The notes under the pieces are model-generated. The model saw only the letters and a program-made list of their open reading frames with translations. It was not told the DNA's origin and did no database searches. 64,000 bases of DNA from the NCBI GenBank assembly GCA_051362555.1, contig CM120641.1:38446401-38510400 (forward strand), read 5' to 3'. Source of the DNA: Lingula anatina (Eukaryota; Animalia; Brachiopoda). Shown piece after piece: positions 48,758-60,861 of the stretch. Numbering within the stretch: position 1 is the stretch's first letter; the number at the start of each line of letters is the position of its first letter. The translations under genes were made by a program, and so were the position numbers.

Positions 48758-51700
48758 CTAATCTGTCTCCTGAGTATTTTCCTCTGATTTTATAACCTTT
48801 TCTGTTTGCTCTTGTTCACCTTCACAGTCAACAGGCTGTTTATTATCATCATCACCCAGGTGATGACTGGTAAGGTCCGATGTTTTTTCATCTTGCATAT
48901 TGCTGCTTAAACTTCCCTGTTCTTGCTGTTGCAATGCCTGTTCATTTGGGTATTCACTGCCATCTGTAACCTCGTCTGTTTGACTGAAGTCTTCGTACTC
49001 GGCATTTTCATATTCATGCTGCTCTACATCCTCTCCAGACTTACTCAGTTCCTGAACACAGAACATAAAATCTCATTTTTCATTTCAGTTGAGTGAAAGT
49101 CTTTTATCACTTATAGATAATGTATTTTCTTTCTTAAACTAAACAAACTGAAAACTTAAGGAAATAAAACCCACATGCTCAAGCTTTTTTAAAAATCTGT
49201 ATAAAAATGAAAATATAAATGTTTTCACAATCTTCTATTTTGGCTGTCTGCAACAAATCAAACACCACAAACCTGCTGCGTATATTTATGATTCTCTAAA
49301 AAAAAAAAAATAAATAAATAACTGAAAGAAGACTTAAATCAGTTAGTATTTGACTAGTTTTTATTAAAGCCATGTACCTCTGGATGTATGATAGGTAAGG
49401 GCACCTTGGGTCTACGGACAGGTGACCTGTTCAGACTGTGTTGCTGTTGAACCTCAGGATTGTAGTAGATGGTGCCACTGCGCCTGGGGGTGACAGGCTG
49501 CTGAGATTCAGGATTATAGTAAGTGACGCCCCCTGCTGTATATAACTCTTGCTGAGGAACCTAAAAATATCAGGCAATACATGCCAATCAACACTAAGTG
49601 TAGACTACAACATTTCATAGTAAGATGCTATGGCTTATCTTTTATGGGTCTGATTCTTTTGAATTTTATTCTCAAAGATTTCTTCCAACAGGATCACCCC
49701 TATCGTCTTCTGCTACACAAAAGTAACCCAATTTTTCTTTGAATATAAAAAAAAGTGCACAAATTAGCAACAGCTAAGTACATGTTAACGAAACTGAAAT
49801 CACTTACTGGTGCTTGTTGTGGGGGTGCAGGTGGAGACGGGAATCCTTGGAGTGGGATGTGCCCTGCTATTTGGTAGTGGGGCGGTGGTGGTCCAGCAAA
49901 GTTCACCACTCCCTGCTGAATGAAAGCTGGCTGCATTAAGGACTGGGTTGACAGACCTGTTGCCATGGTAGCCACAGGAGGGGTCAGCAAACGAGGAGGG
50001 CTCTGGATTTGAGGTGTGGGGCCTGCAAATGGTAGCAGTAGAACCATATATCAAATACAAAATGTTTAAAATATAATAAAAAAAGGGCATCTACAGTGCC
50101 AAGTTTCCTGACCCGAACAACAGCTTTTTAAAATTAATTTTTCTTTGAATTCCAAGAACCATCTCCCATAATCACTCTACATAATGCCTTTATGTGCATA
50201 TTCTTTAAAGAAAAAGTTGTCCTGTACCTGGTATGGTATATGCCACCTGCGGCCGTACAACATGCTGTGGTACTTGGTGACGTGGAAGTGGCGCCCTTGG
50301 TTCAGGATACATGTTACCACCATGAGTGGAGGGAGGCTGATAACCTACACAAATATCAAAAAGTTATCAGAGCAAGGAAGAAACAATAAAGATTCAAACC
50401 TAAACCCTGACATATAGACTTACTTGATCTACAAAAAAACTCCTGTAATTTCTTTTTCCATTTTAGCCATTGTTTACAGATACTCCAACCTACCACTCTG
50501 AGGGCTAGTGTTATAAAACTGCTGGCCCTGTTCTCCTCCACCTTCCTGATAGCTGGACTCCGGCATATTCCTCTGCCTCTGAGAGGAGTATCTCTTGGGA
50601 CGGTTTTGTGATGCATCCACTTTTGGCGGGGCAGGGAATCCTCCCCGTCCACCTGCAGCAGACCAATTTCCCTTGTTTTGGGCATTCCCTGGGGAAGGGG
50701 CTTGTTGCTGAAGTGGGCCTCCTAAAAGGCGAAAAAAGTTTAACCACTCGTTTACTTTTTAATTGATAGTTTTCCAATCTCAAGTCTATGTATACTGCAT
50801 GTTTAATTTTTTGACTGATTTTGTATTACACCTTACTCAGCTCCAGTTATTACATTTCTATATTACATAAATGATTTCACATGTAATGTTCACTGATACA
50901 AGTAAAATTGAAAAGAAAGCTATAACTTTGGAGTGTTTTCACCCAAAAAAAATACCTTGCTTTGGTTTATTTTGCTCCTCTGTGACTGAAAGTTGTTCCA
51001 TGCCTTGCTCGATTGCAGAACTTGAACTATCCTGAGACCTTGTATGGCCTGCCCCTCCCTTAAACCTCCTGTCCCTTGCATAAGACTTCCTATCACTACC
51101 CCCTCCTCCTTCAGAGCTGGACACAGTGCTCGTTCTGTTGTCACTTTGGGCCATAACTTTCCTAGAATCTTCTTTCAATTCAATTCTGATATCTGGGCGC
51201 TGAACATCTTGATATTCTTTCCTAGGGGAAGGTTCCGAGTTGTTGTTGCTATTTTCAGTATTATTATCCTGATCATAATTCTGATCTCGATTACTTTTCC
51301 TGAAATTTGCATTAGTCCACTGTCTCTGAGGGACAGGAGGATTTTTAAATTCATTACTTCTTCCTTGAGTGTTATTCTGTAAGTCACTGTATGTCCTTGA
51401 TTCTCGCCAACCAGAATCTTCTGGTCTTCTACGTTCCCCTCTGCCACGCCCCCTGCCACGCCCACCACGCCCACGTGGTGGACCACGTCTCTGCCTTGGC
51501 ATGTCTTCTTCATTCACAAAATCACTAAGCTTTGTATTTCTCTTCCTGTAGCCTCCATCCCTTGAATAAAATTTGACATGCTGTTAAGGGATTAAAAAAT
51601 CATTAAATCAAAAAATTAAGAACAAGGTCTTGTCACTTTTTAAATGACTAAAACAATTTAACTAAAAGGGTTTTACAATGTTCTTGCTAATTAAAGCAAC

Positions 51701-54700
51701 AAGTTCATTAGCTTGTTAAAGAAAATCACAAATGGTATTTTGTCACAAACAACAGTGGGAGAAAGCATCTACATTTGTCTCTTATTGATGTAACACTGTC
51801 TTCCCTATATAAACTGGGGGACACAACCAATGAGGTCACCAAGTAACACCTAGTGACATCAGTGCAGACTGAAGATGTCTGAGTGACATCAAAACATATC
51901 TGCACTGTAAAATACCAGTTGGTGACAAAAGGACATTTGTAACCTAATTCACTTGCTATTATGAAACACAAACCAGGAACAGATTCCTAGAGACTCACCC
52001 CAGACTCTCCAGAGTGAAAGTCGGTTATTTCAGAAGCAGTAGCAAATGAGAGTTGAGCACACAATTGAACATAATGTTGAGACATTTGTACCTTGAGCTA
52101 TTAAATCTCCTGGGAGCTTCAGGGGGCTTATCATAGGCCCTTATGTCATATCCATACATGGCAATGATTTCTTCTTTGCTTTTTGGAGCCTGCATATCAT
52201 CATAAAATTTGTCATGTAGCCATTTGCCCTCATCTTTCCATAATGTCTTCTTTGGCCTGAAAACACGAAACAAAAAATATATCTTTTATACCTGCCAATC
52301 AGATCTATAGAACATAGTTCTTTTTCTTTTTATTCTTAAACTTCTAATATTTTGTACACTTTAACATAATTTCAATGATTTTCTAAGAAAAGTTCTTGTA
52401 AACATTACACAGAAGGCAGTAAATGGATTTTATTATAAATGTATACATATATATCAAGATATATCAAGATAACTGCTTAAAAAAAAGAATACAAGCAGCT
52501 GAAACCTTACATAACTAGAGGATCAGAGAGGCGATACCGCCTCCGAATATTGTACCACCAGCTGGAGCAAGCGCATTCGTATAGACCCCAACATACACAA
52601 AATAAGGGACACAGCCACCAGTTTTGTGCTTGACAAGCTGTAAAAATGCAATCAACAAGAATTTTTAAACTATTGCAAAAAATATATATGGTACAATCAA
52701 ATTTAAGTTCTTCGTAAGGTAGGTCAAGGGTCAATTTCAAGGTCACAGTAAATTGCCAGTATATGACTTCCTATTCAAGTTCAAGAGTAACTATGGACCT
52801 ATCTCTGTCAAGTTTGAAGTTAAAAGAGAAAGAAATTAGCAGAGTTCAGTTCTTGATAAAAAGTAGGTCAAAGGTCAATTTCAAGGTCACACTTAGATTG
52901 CCAGTATATGACTTCCTATTCAAGTTCAATAGTAACTATGGACCTATCTCTGCCAGTTTTGGAGATAAAAGGGCAGAAAAATTTGCAAAGTTCAGTTCAT
53001 GGTGAAAAGTAGGTCAAAGGTCAATTTTAAGGTCACATTTAGATTGCCAGTATATGACTTCCTATTCAAGTTCAATAGTAACTATGGACCTATCTCTGCC
53101 AGTTTTGGAGATAAAAGGGAAGCAAATTTTGCAAAGTTCAGTTCATGGTGAAAAGTAGGTCAAAGGTCAATTTCAAGGTCACATTTAGATTGCCAGTATA
53201 TGACTTCCTATTCAAGTTCAATAGTAACTATGGACCTATCTCTGCCAGTTTTGGAGATAAAAGGGAAGCAAAATTTGCAAAATTCATTTTATGGTGAAAA
53301 GTAGGTCAAAGGTCAATTTTGAGGTCACATTTAGATTGCCAGTATATGACTTCCTATTCAAGTTCAATAGTAACTAAGGACCTATCTCAGCCAGTTTTGG
53401 AGATAAAAGGAAAGCAAAATTTGCAAAATTCAGTTCATGGTGTAAAGTAGGTCAAAGGTCAATTTTAAGGTCACATTTAGATTGCCAGTATATGACTTCC
53501 TTTTCAAGTTCAATAGTAACTATGGACCTATCTCTGCCAGTTTTGGAGATATAAGGGACTAAATGTTATAATTTTGGAGTTACCATAATGTGCCTTAAAT
53601 TTCGTACAGAAAAAAATAATTAAAATAAAGAAAATGTCATTTTGGTCAAAATTCTTGAAATAGGAGGTGCTCTGAAGTTTCAGAAGTTCAAATTTGATGA
53701 AATAATGTCATTTTTGAACACAAGTTGTCTGCTTTGCCAAGCCTTATGTTTTATTTTTCCAGAGTTCAAAATTTATTATCCATTACCGTACTGCACATTT
53801 TGCTTTTACCACCAATATGTACTTTTTGATACAGCGTAACTCGAAAACCGTATGGAATACAAAAAAACGGAGACCACCTCCAGTGTTGGGCTTTACATGC
53901 TCTACAAAATGCAAAAAAGAATGGGTCTCTAGCATTAACGGTTCCCGAATTAGAGACAGTTTTCAGTTTCGGTATCTTATGGCCGCTACTCCCGTGAAAA
54001 TGCACCGATTGACCCCAAATTCATGGAGATGAAAGATGACCTGAAGGGTAACACTTTCCAATAATATTATTGGTTAAGTCTGTGTGGTGTCTGAATAACA
54101 GGGCAAAAAAATTTTTTTTCGTAAAAAATTTCATTTTTTTGAAAATTTTGGCCCATTTGACCTTGAAGTAAAGGTCAAAGGTCAAATCCAAGGGTATATT
54201 TGAAATCTACACATATGACTTTTGGAAAGCCGTCTATAGAAATTTTTCCCATAACTCCTTCCGTAGGGTAGATAATTAGCATTTAATTTTGCCATTTTTA
54301 GACAAGGGTGCATTGCAATGAGTGCCACACCCAGACCCCAATACCGACAAAGCCCAAATTTTACGTGGAACGAGTTGAGATTATAGGTGACCTAAATCCA
54401 TGAGATGGGTACGGGGGCCCTTACCGTCTAGGAGGAGAAGCGGTAACGGTAGCCATCCGGCGGAACGATCCGGACGGGACCGAAACCATGTGTACCGCCA
54501 GCGCTAACGCTGGTGGTACAATTAGCAGAATGCACATGATATTCTAACAACTTGACTCATCATCTACTCTACCTGTCTTCTTCTTCCTTGATCTCCTCTG
54601 ACCCCATCCTGCTATCATGCTCATAGAAATTACCCTTTCTAGGAACAAATGCTGGATTTTTGCGGTCCTCATCATCATCAAGCTCTCTGGAAGATGCTGG

Positions 54701-56856
54701 TTGTTCCTGAGACAAGGAAATATGAAGACAAATTAACTCACTTGGAAGGAAATTTTCTTTCTCTGAGAAACTTGGTAGCAAGAAATTAGAAACTGTTTAA
54801 TACTTGCAACCATTTCTTTTTCATATATTCAAAAATTAGAAAAAAAGGGGTTATGAAGAATATTCTCCAATTTTACATGGGAGTTTAATATAAAAAAATG
54901 GTAAAGGAATTTAGCTTGCCAAATAGAAAAAAAAAACACCAAGAACATAAATCCTGAAAGTAACTGATACTAGTGGTTCAGGGTCCTTTTTATGTTAAAC
55001 AAACCTCCCCATCTCCACTCTGTCGCTCTTCTCCAAGCTCCTCCCCATCTTCATCTTCAATTATCACACTGTCCTCGTCATCATACTCTTCTTCATCCTG
55101 GCATAAATTAACATATTTTATATGTAACAACAATCACACACTAAATATGTGATAAATTACTGAACAGCAAATATGTGTGGCATATGTTATGTCAGATCAC
55201 GTGTAAGAAATATTTCTTTATCATCTAAATAATTTAAGAAGTTTACTAAAAAAAAAAGAAATAGAAAAACCTCTTCTTCTTCATCCTCCTCTTCGTCTTG
55301 ATCTTCTTCTGCACTTTCATATTCCGAATCTTCTCCTACAAAAAAGTTGTCAAGTCATTAAAGAGGTAAACAACTGCATTGAGAATGTATTCAAAAAAAA
55401 AAAAAAAAAAAAAAAAAGAAAAAAGTTTAAGTGAGTAAATGTTTCCACAAGTCAGATGATGAATGTCAATCAATGCTGAGAACTGAGTGTACAAAATATA
55501 AATTACCTTCTCCAGTAACTTCTACACCTTCTCCTTCACTTAACTGAAATGCAAAATTTATAAAAAACATAAGTATGCTATTTGAAGCAGTTATCCTTTC
55601 TGCAGCTTTAATAATTGATAATTATGAAAGTAAGGCATCATAGCACAATTAACTTAGAAAATCAAGAAGCAGTTCATCGTGCCCTAAACAGTTGCTTTGA
55701 AGTGTATCAATTAGTTAGTCCTTTTATATCAATTAATGAACCAGTTAAATAAAAATGATTTTCCTTTTTTTTCAGAAATGGGACAGAACTACCATTTCCG
55801 CATGCAATTTTCACTCATAACTTCTCTTTTGTTTGAAATGAGATGTTGATACTAAGACAAATAAGCCTCCACAAAGAAAATCAAAATTTAGTAGTTCTGT
55901 CACGTCTGGAAAAAATGGATATAGATTATCATCTGGGTTTATTCAGCATGCCTCCCAATCTTATAATTCTGTGATTTTCAATGATCTTTTTCTAAATCAG
56001 TTGTTGTGATTTTGATGAATGTCTTTGCTTTTCAAATAAATTTGTTTGGCAGTTGACATCATGATTTAAGATGTTTTTACAAGAAACCTTTTCAAATATA
56101 ATGAGAACTGAGATCATTTAGAAAATATGTAAGTAAATTGCAAAATTGAATTTACTTGAAAACCATAGATAGAATTTATGAACACTGAAAATCACACTTA
56201 AATGTAAAAAGCGAAGAGAACATAACTGCGGCATTATTACACTGGAGAATGAATTGATACAAAAGGGCAATGATCAAAATTTATAGTTTTCCAAGCAAAT
56301 GGGCAGGGAACACCATTGGAACTTTACTGGTTTTTTTTTTTTCATAACTTATTTTTAGCCAAGCATTCTTAGAGTTATTTTTACCTGTAGTAAGTTCAGG
56401 GTAGAGGTACATGTAAGACATTAACCTTAGTTGCAGTACTTAAGCAAAATTATGGGTGCAAAATCAATGACAAACATTTCATAATAAATATTTCCTTTTA
56501 GCCTTCTAGTGGTTTTCACGCCAGGTTATTGGGGTTTTGATTCCAATACAAATATGTGAATGTTGCGATCAACTTTGGTTCAAGTTGAAATTCAAGCAAT
56601 TATGGAATTAACTCCAGTCTTAGTTACTTAGTAGGCACGTGTTGTCATGATTACTAAATGTAAGTAGCACTCCTTAGTTTTCTTCTTTGCTGATTAATAA
56701 CATTTAACTCTATAAAATGCGTCTTACACATTCTGAATCTTTTCTTAATTCTTTTTTATTCTTCTGAAGTGTGGGTATTTCCGTGGCTTCGTCTGCGCTG
56801 GCTTCTGACTCTGAATGAGAAGATTCATCACTACGCCTTCGTCTCCTATCCGCCAT
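48758..56856 (-). CDS. CASC3: CASC3/MLN51/Barentsz exon-junction-complex subunit; exons 56856-56728, 55543-55507, 55335-55271, 55097-55005, 54706-54573, 52256-52092, 51560-50956, 50721-50494, 50344-50228, 50022-49808, 49560-49378, 49051-48758 (about 754 aa)
   Basis: N-terminus MADRRRRR, acidic tract with SEYESAEE, ERQSGDG, SELOR/Btz domain LDDDEDRKNPAFVPRKGNFYEHDSR and LWKDEGKWLHDKF...QAPKSKEEIIAMYGYDIR, RGG region, RPKRYSSQRQR, Pro-rich region and GGVTYYNP. Phases chain to 2265 nt; the donors of two small acidic exons are weak. Confidence 0.92.
52513..54522 (+). mobile_element. Non-autonomous Helentron-type element with an internal 146-bp tandem array, in a CASC3 intron
   Basis: 5' AACTAG, sub-terminal ATTGTACCACCAGC (52549-52562) complementary to GCTGGTGGTACAAT (54509-54522), and a 3' hairpin TGTACCGCCAGCG-CTAA-CGCTGGTGGTACA. 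Confidence 0.75.
52717..53560. repeat. Tandem repeat, 146-bp unit, about 5.8 copies
   Basis: AAGTAGGTCAAAGGTCAATTT recurs at 52861, 53007, 53153, 53299 and 53445. Confidence 0.95.
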
Positions 56857-57534
56857 TTTCATTGAACTGAATGATAAGTGCTGCCACCTTTCGTTTATAT
56901 CCAAGACACAACCAACATAATACCTTTCTCTCGGTAAATATCATATTTTTGCTGGTGAGTTTCAGTTCCAAGGAAGAATATTATATAAATATTTTCTCTT
57001 GCATATGTTTTCAACTACTTCAAGAGACTTATTCACCACACTAACTGCTGACGTTGATGGCTTGTCTGTCTTGTGGAGACTTTCATTTTCATATTTATAT
57101 TTCTGCACGTCCACGATACTGAGTAACAGCAGTGGGTGATGTGCTTTGAAAGTCTGTCAAAATATTCCTATGTGTTGGATTACAATGGGGGTGCTTTCAT
57201 ATGAAAGGGGGTAGATTTGTCTTATAACAACAAACAATTTTGTTTCCAAACATTGCTGTGTATTTTAAACTTTTTAATTCTTAGCCGAAAATGACACTAA
57301 AACAGCGCTTAAATCTGGGCCACAGACATACCATTATTTCTTTTAATATACGTGTATAAAATTTGTTTTATAAACATTTACAAATCATTTACAGTATGTA
57401 CCATACCGTTGCTACACGTTTCCAGTGACTGGCATTGGACGCGTTTACAAAAAGCTGTTACCTTTGCTATTTGTTCTTGTTTGTTTCCGTGGCATTGCTA
57501 CATAGAAGCTGAGTACACCTGTAAGAACCATTCA

Positions 57535-57750
57535 CAGACCCTATCACACTAACTGTGAATCGATCTATCTCCGAGGGGATTCTCGCTAAATTGCAATCAA
57601 CTTAAGCCGCTTAGATGTCCGTTTGTTTAGCAGCTTCAGTAGGCGTGCCAGACATCTAAGCCGCTTATTAGCTGAAAACAATTTAGCGAGAAACCCCTCG
57701 GAGATGGATTGATCATGTCAGATCGATCTAGTTATGGGAACTCAGTCAAA
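57535..57750. mobile_element. Palindromic MITE-like repeat, family X diverged copy 3
   Basis: ATCTCCGAGGGGATTCTCGCTAAATTG ... CAATTTAGCGAGAAACCCCTCGGAGAT inverted arms; GTAGGCG..CAGACAT.TAAGC and GATCGATCTA are shared with copies 1 and 2. Confidence 0.6.
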
Positions 57751-58946
57751 ATGGCATCAATTTTTTTATTGATAGCCAACAAATGAAGATGATTCCGATA
57801 TGTTTTCTGCATTTAAATTGCTGTGCAATAAGCATAGATATCACGCACTTAAAAGTCTCTTTTACAATGGAGAAAGGCTCTTTTACAATGGCTAATGATA
57901 GAAATGAATCTCATATTCCCGACCAATATTCATACTTGAATTGGTCTCCACAGCGTTGGATACATATATATATTTTCCATTACACAGATAATGCTGACAT
58001 TTAATTGGTTGGTTTTAAATAGCATGAATCGAAAACACCACCAAAGTCCTTTAAAAAGTAATGTAGTAGGCCTATTTCGTGCCAAAAACTCACCCTTATG
58101 CGAAAAACTCGCTGAACATAAGCCAGCACATTATGAGCATGTATTGCTGTAGAGAAGCAGTGCGCGGTGGTACTTCTGTTCAAATACGTCGGTTCTTTTC
58201 AGATAAATTACGTGGGGAAGCGAGAACCCAGTCAACCAATGTCCAAGCAGGGCCCCGTATCTCGAAAGCATCGCGTATTGCGAATAGCTATATCAAATAG
58301 AGGCTACAATGTATTACATGGGACGAGTATGGGCGAGTTATGGAATCGAGACGCTTGCGCACGATCGAAATGCGCGATGCTTTCGAGATACGGGGCCCAG
58401 GGCAACATTTTTTTGCGTTCACCCTTCCCTCTTCCACATCGTTATTTTTTTCTGAATTGTCACCCCTCCTCCCCCCCCCCCCCCACCCCCAAAATAAAGG
58501 TGCTTCCTACGCGCCTGTTTGAACAAATATCTTGATAGCATCTTTTGTGAGATTATCAGTGATAACATGTTACGAGGCTTCAGGACTTTGCCCATTGGTT
58601 CCCATCGTTTTTCATTTGTCATTCTGTATTGAATATAATCTCATACAAAGATCTACGGAAATAATTTCAAATACGGCAATGTTTTTTCTAGCAGATAATC
58701 AACAAATATGATTGAACGTAAAACTTAAGAAAATTGCTTTGACGCAGGAAAATTTTGTAGGCTTATACAACGCGACATCACACACCTTTTTGAATTTTAA
58801 CATTGGCTTGGTGAATTTTGTGACATTTTGCTAAAATAGCATTATGCTTTTTTATTTTGGTAGCGTGTACATATACTGTGTGAAACAATCTAATGTTGAC
58901 GTTGATTCAACAATGACAATATACATACTGTAATGAATATAAGCCT

Positions 58947-59006
58947 AGTGTGTGTGTGTGAGTGTGTGTGTGTGTGTGTGCGTGCGTGCGTGCGTGTGTG
59001 TGTGTG
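58947..59006. repeat. (GT)n/(GCGT)n microsatellite
   Basis: Direct run. Confidence 0.9.
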
Positions 59007-60181
59007 ATTTTGTCCTTATTAAAGAACAGTTGCAATCAGTCATTATTCAGTCACGTTATATTTTAATTCTCCAGTTAGGCAGTGTTTTAAATAGAACTTT
59101 TTGCCAATGGCTTTTCTTATATTTGCATAGCGTGTGCGCTGTAGCGGTTGAGCTTAGTACAGTATATACACACATTCCCTTACCATACATGCTGCACAGT
59201 ACCGTTTTAAAATTGAAACGTCAATGATTCGTTTAGATATTTTACTTTTGCTTTCGCGAGGACTATATAGTTGCTTTACTGTTGCGCAGAGGCAATAAGC
59301 GGAACGTATATTTTTCTAGTTTCATTATCTATATCGTTACATTTAAATATTTGTAGTTTATTTTTCTGCACACGCATCAACTTTCATATGGAATACTAAA
59401 GAGCTCTTAAAGGGATAGCACCTGTTTACTTTGATATAAACTGGATTCCTATACTTACCAATGATTATTGAGTCCGTTCCAATATTCATAGTTACTCCAT
59501 GTTTTTAAAGGATTTTTGTAGAAATCTTTTAAAAGATAAGTAAAGAGAATGGCCTATTATGGAGGTCACATTGTCTGATGACAAGCACAGATTCCAAAAT
59601 GTATTGGGATAACCGCCGTTTTGGTGATAAAAGAGAACTTATTATATTTCTATGTATTTGTGAAAATGAATTTCATGCGAAGATTTGTTATCCCTTTAAA
59701 GATAATATCGGTGTCTACGTTAACCAGAATGCATGCTCACTGAAATCTTTCTATTTTTCCTGCCTGCTTGCTTGTTTGTCTGTCTGGCCGGATAGATTCG
59801 TTTGTCATACACTTTGAACAAGGCCGTAGCTCTGTCCCAAGTAATCACCTTATCAACTGAAGCTGCAATTGCCTTTTTTTCTAAGGTTTTGAGTGTTACG
59901 CAATCACAAATGTTTTTGTCGGAAATATTGAAAACCGCCACCAGGGCAAAATCAATATACAACTGGGATACTGACGAATTAAAACGTCACCAGCAGCAAT
60001 GAGACTTGGGCACCAAGCGAAACCATGGGATATGAGAGTGCGTGTTCAAATAGATAGTTCTCTAGCTCATATACAGCTGAATAGCGGTACAAACATAAGT
60101 AGGATATTGCTCTGTTTGCTGTGTTACGTTCAATAAAGAGGAGTTATCACAACGCATGAGAGCTACAAAGCTGAGCGGGCT

Positions 60182-60301
60182 ATGGACGAATTCCCGTTTG
60201 TCGCAGCTTGCAGAGACGACGACGTCGCGGCGCTTGTCAGATTGCTGAGCAGCGAATATTTGACTCCGTACACACTCAATCAAACTGATAAAACAGGCAG
60301 G
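60182..60301 (+). CDS. Probable first coding exon of an ankyrin-repeat protein (ANKRD33/33B-like start is only a guess); later exons not identified in the window
   Basis: MDEFPFVAACRDDDVAALVRLLSSEYLTPYTLNQTDKTGR resembles an ankyrin helix-turn-helix plus the N..D..GR hairpin. It ends at a perfect AGG|GTAAGT donor in phase 0, typical for ankyrin exons, in a CpG-rich context. Confidence 0.6.
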
Positions 60302-60801
60302 GTAAGTAAATTGAATACTGTCGGTCATCTTTATGTAGTTCTGGCCAAGTCATGTCACAGCACTCGACAGATTAAACACAGGGTAAGTGGCCGTGAAGAT
60401 TGCATGCGTTGCTTCACCAATTATACATGTACAACAGAGCGTAGTCCAGCACGTACTCAGATTTAATGTTTTATGAACGAAGGGAACTGACAGGAAATAT
60501 AGTCATAGAGGATCAGTCAGCCTACTGCAAATATTTAAAAACAAAACCATATGTTTTTTGTTAAAAACTCGAAACTAAATGTTATTGAAGGCAATGCTTC
60601 TTATCTTCTGTTATCCAACTGATACGGTAACTCTCACTGGTGCACGCTTTGATATAATGCATTTGCCTAGTGATTGAAGGGGACTAGGGGTTCGCTTCCA
60701 CATCTGCCTCGTCTTAAACCCAAGACTTCCCTTATCATCAAAGTTTTCATATGTATTTTGTCCACAAAAATAATGAGTCGCTTTTATTAATTTTTGAAAT
60801 A

Positions 60802-60805
<4 letters not shown>

Positions 60806-60859
<54 letters not shown>
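60806..60859. repeat. (CT)n microsatellite
   Basis: Direct run. Confidence 0.95.

Positions 60860-60861
<2 letters not shown>

Noticed and set aside
50356-50783. ORF-track peptides over CASC3 exon 8
   Set aside because: Wrong frames. The frame fixed by splice phase gives RPKRYSSQRQR, the conserved CASC3 motif.
51561-51590. Alternative acceptor TTAACAG at about 51581 for CASC3 exon 7
   Set aside because: It leads to an in-frame stop; the AAG acceptor at 51561 preserves the frame.
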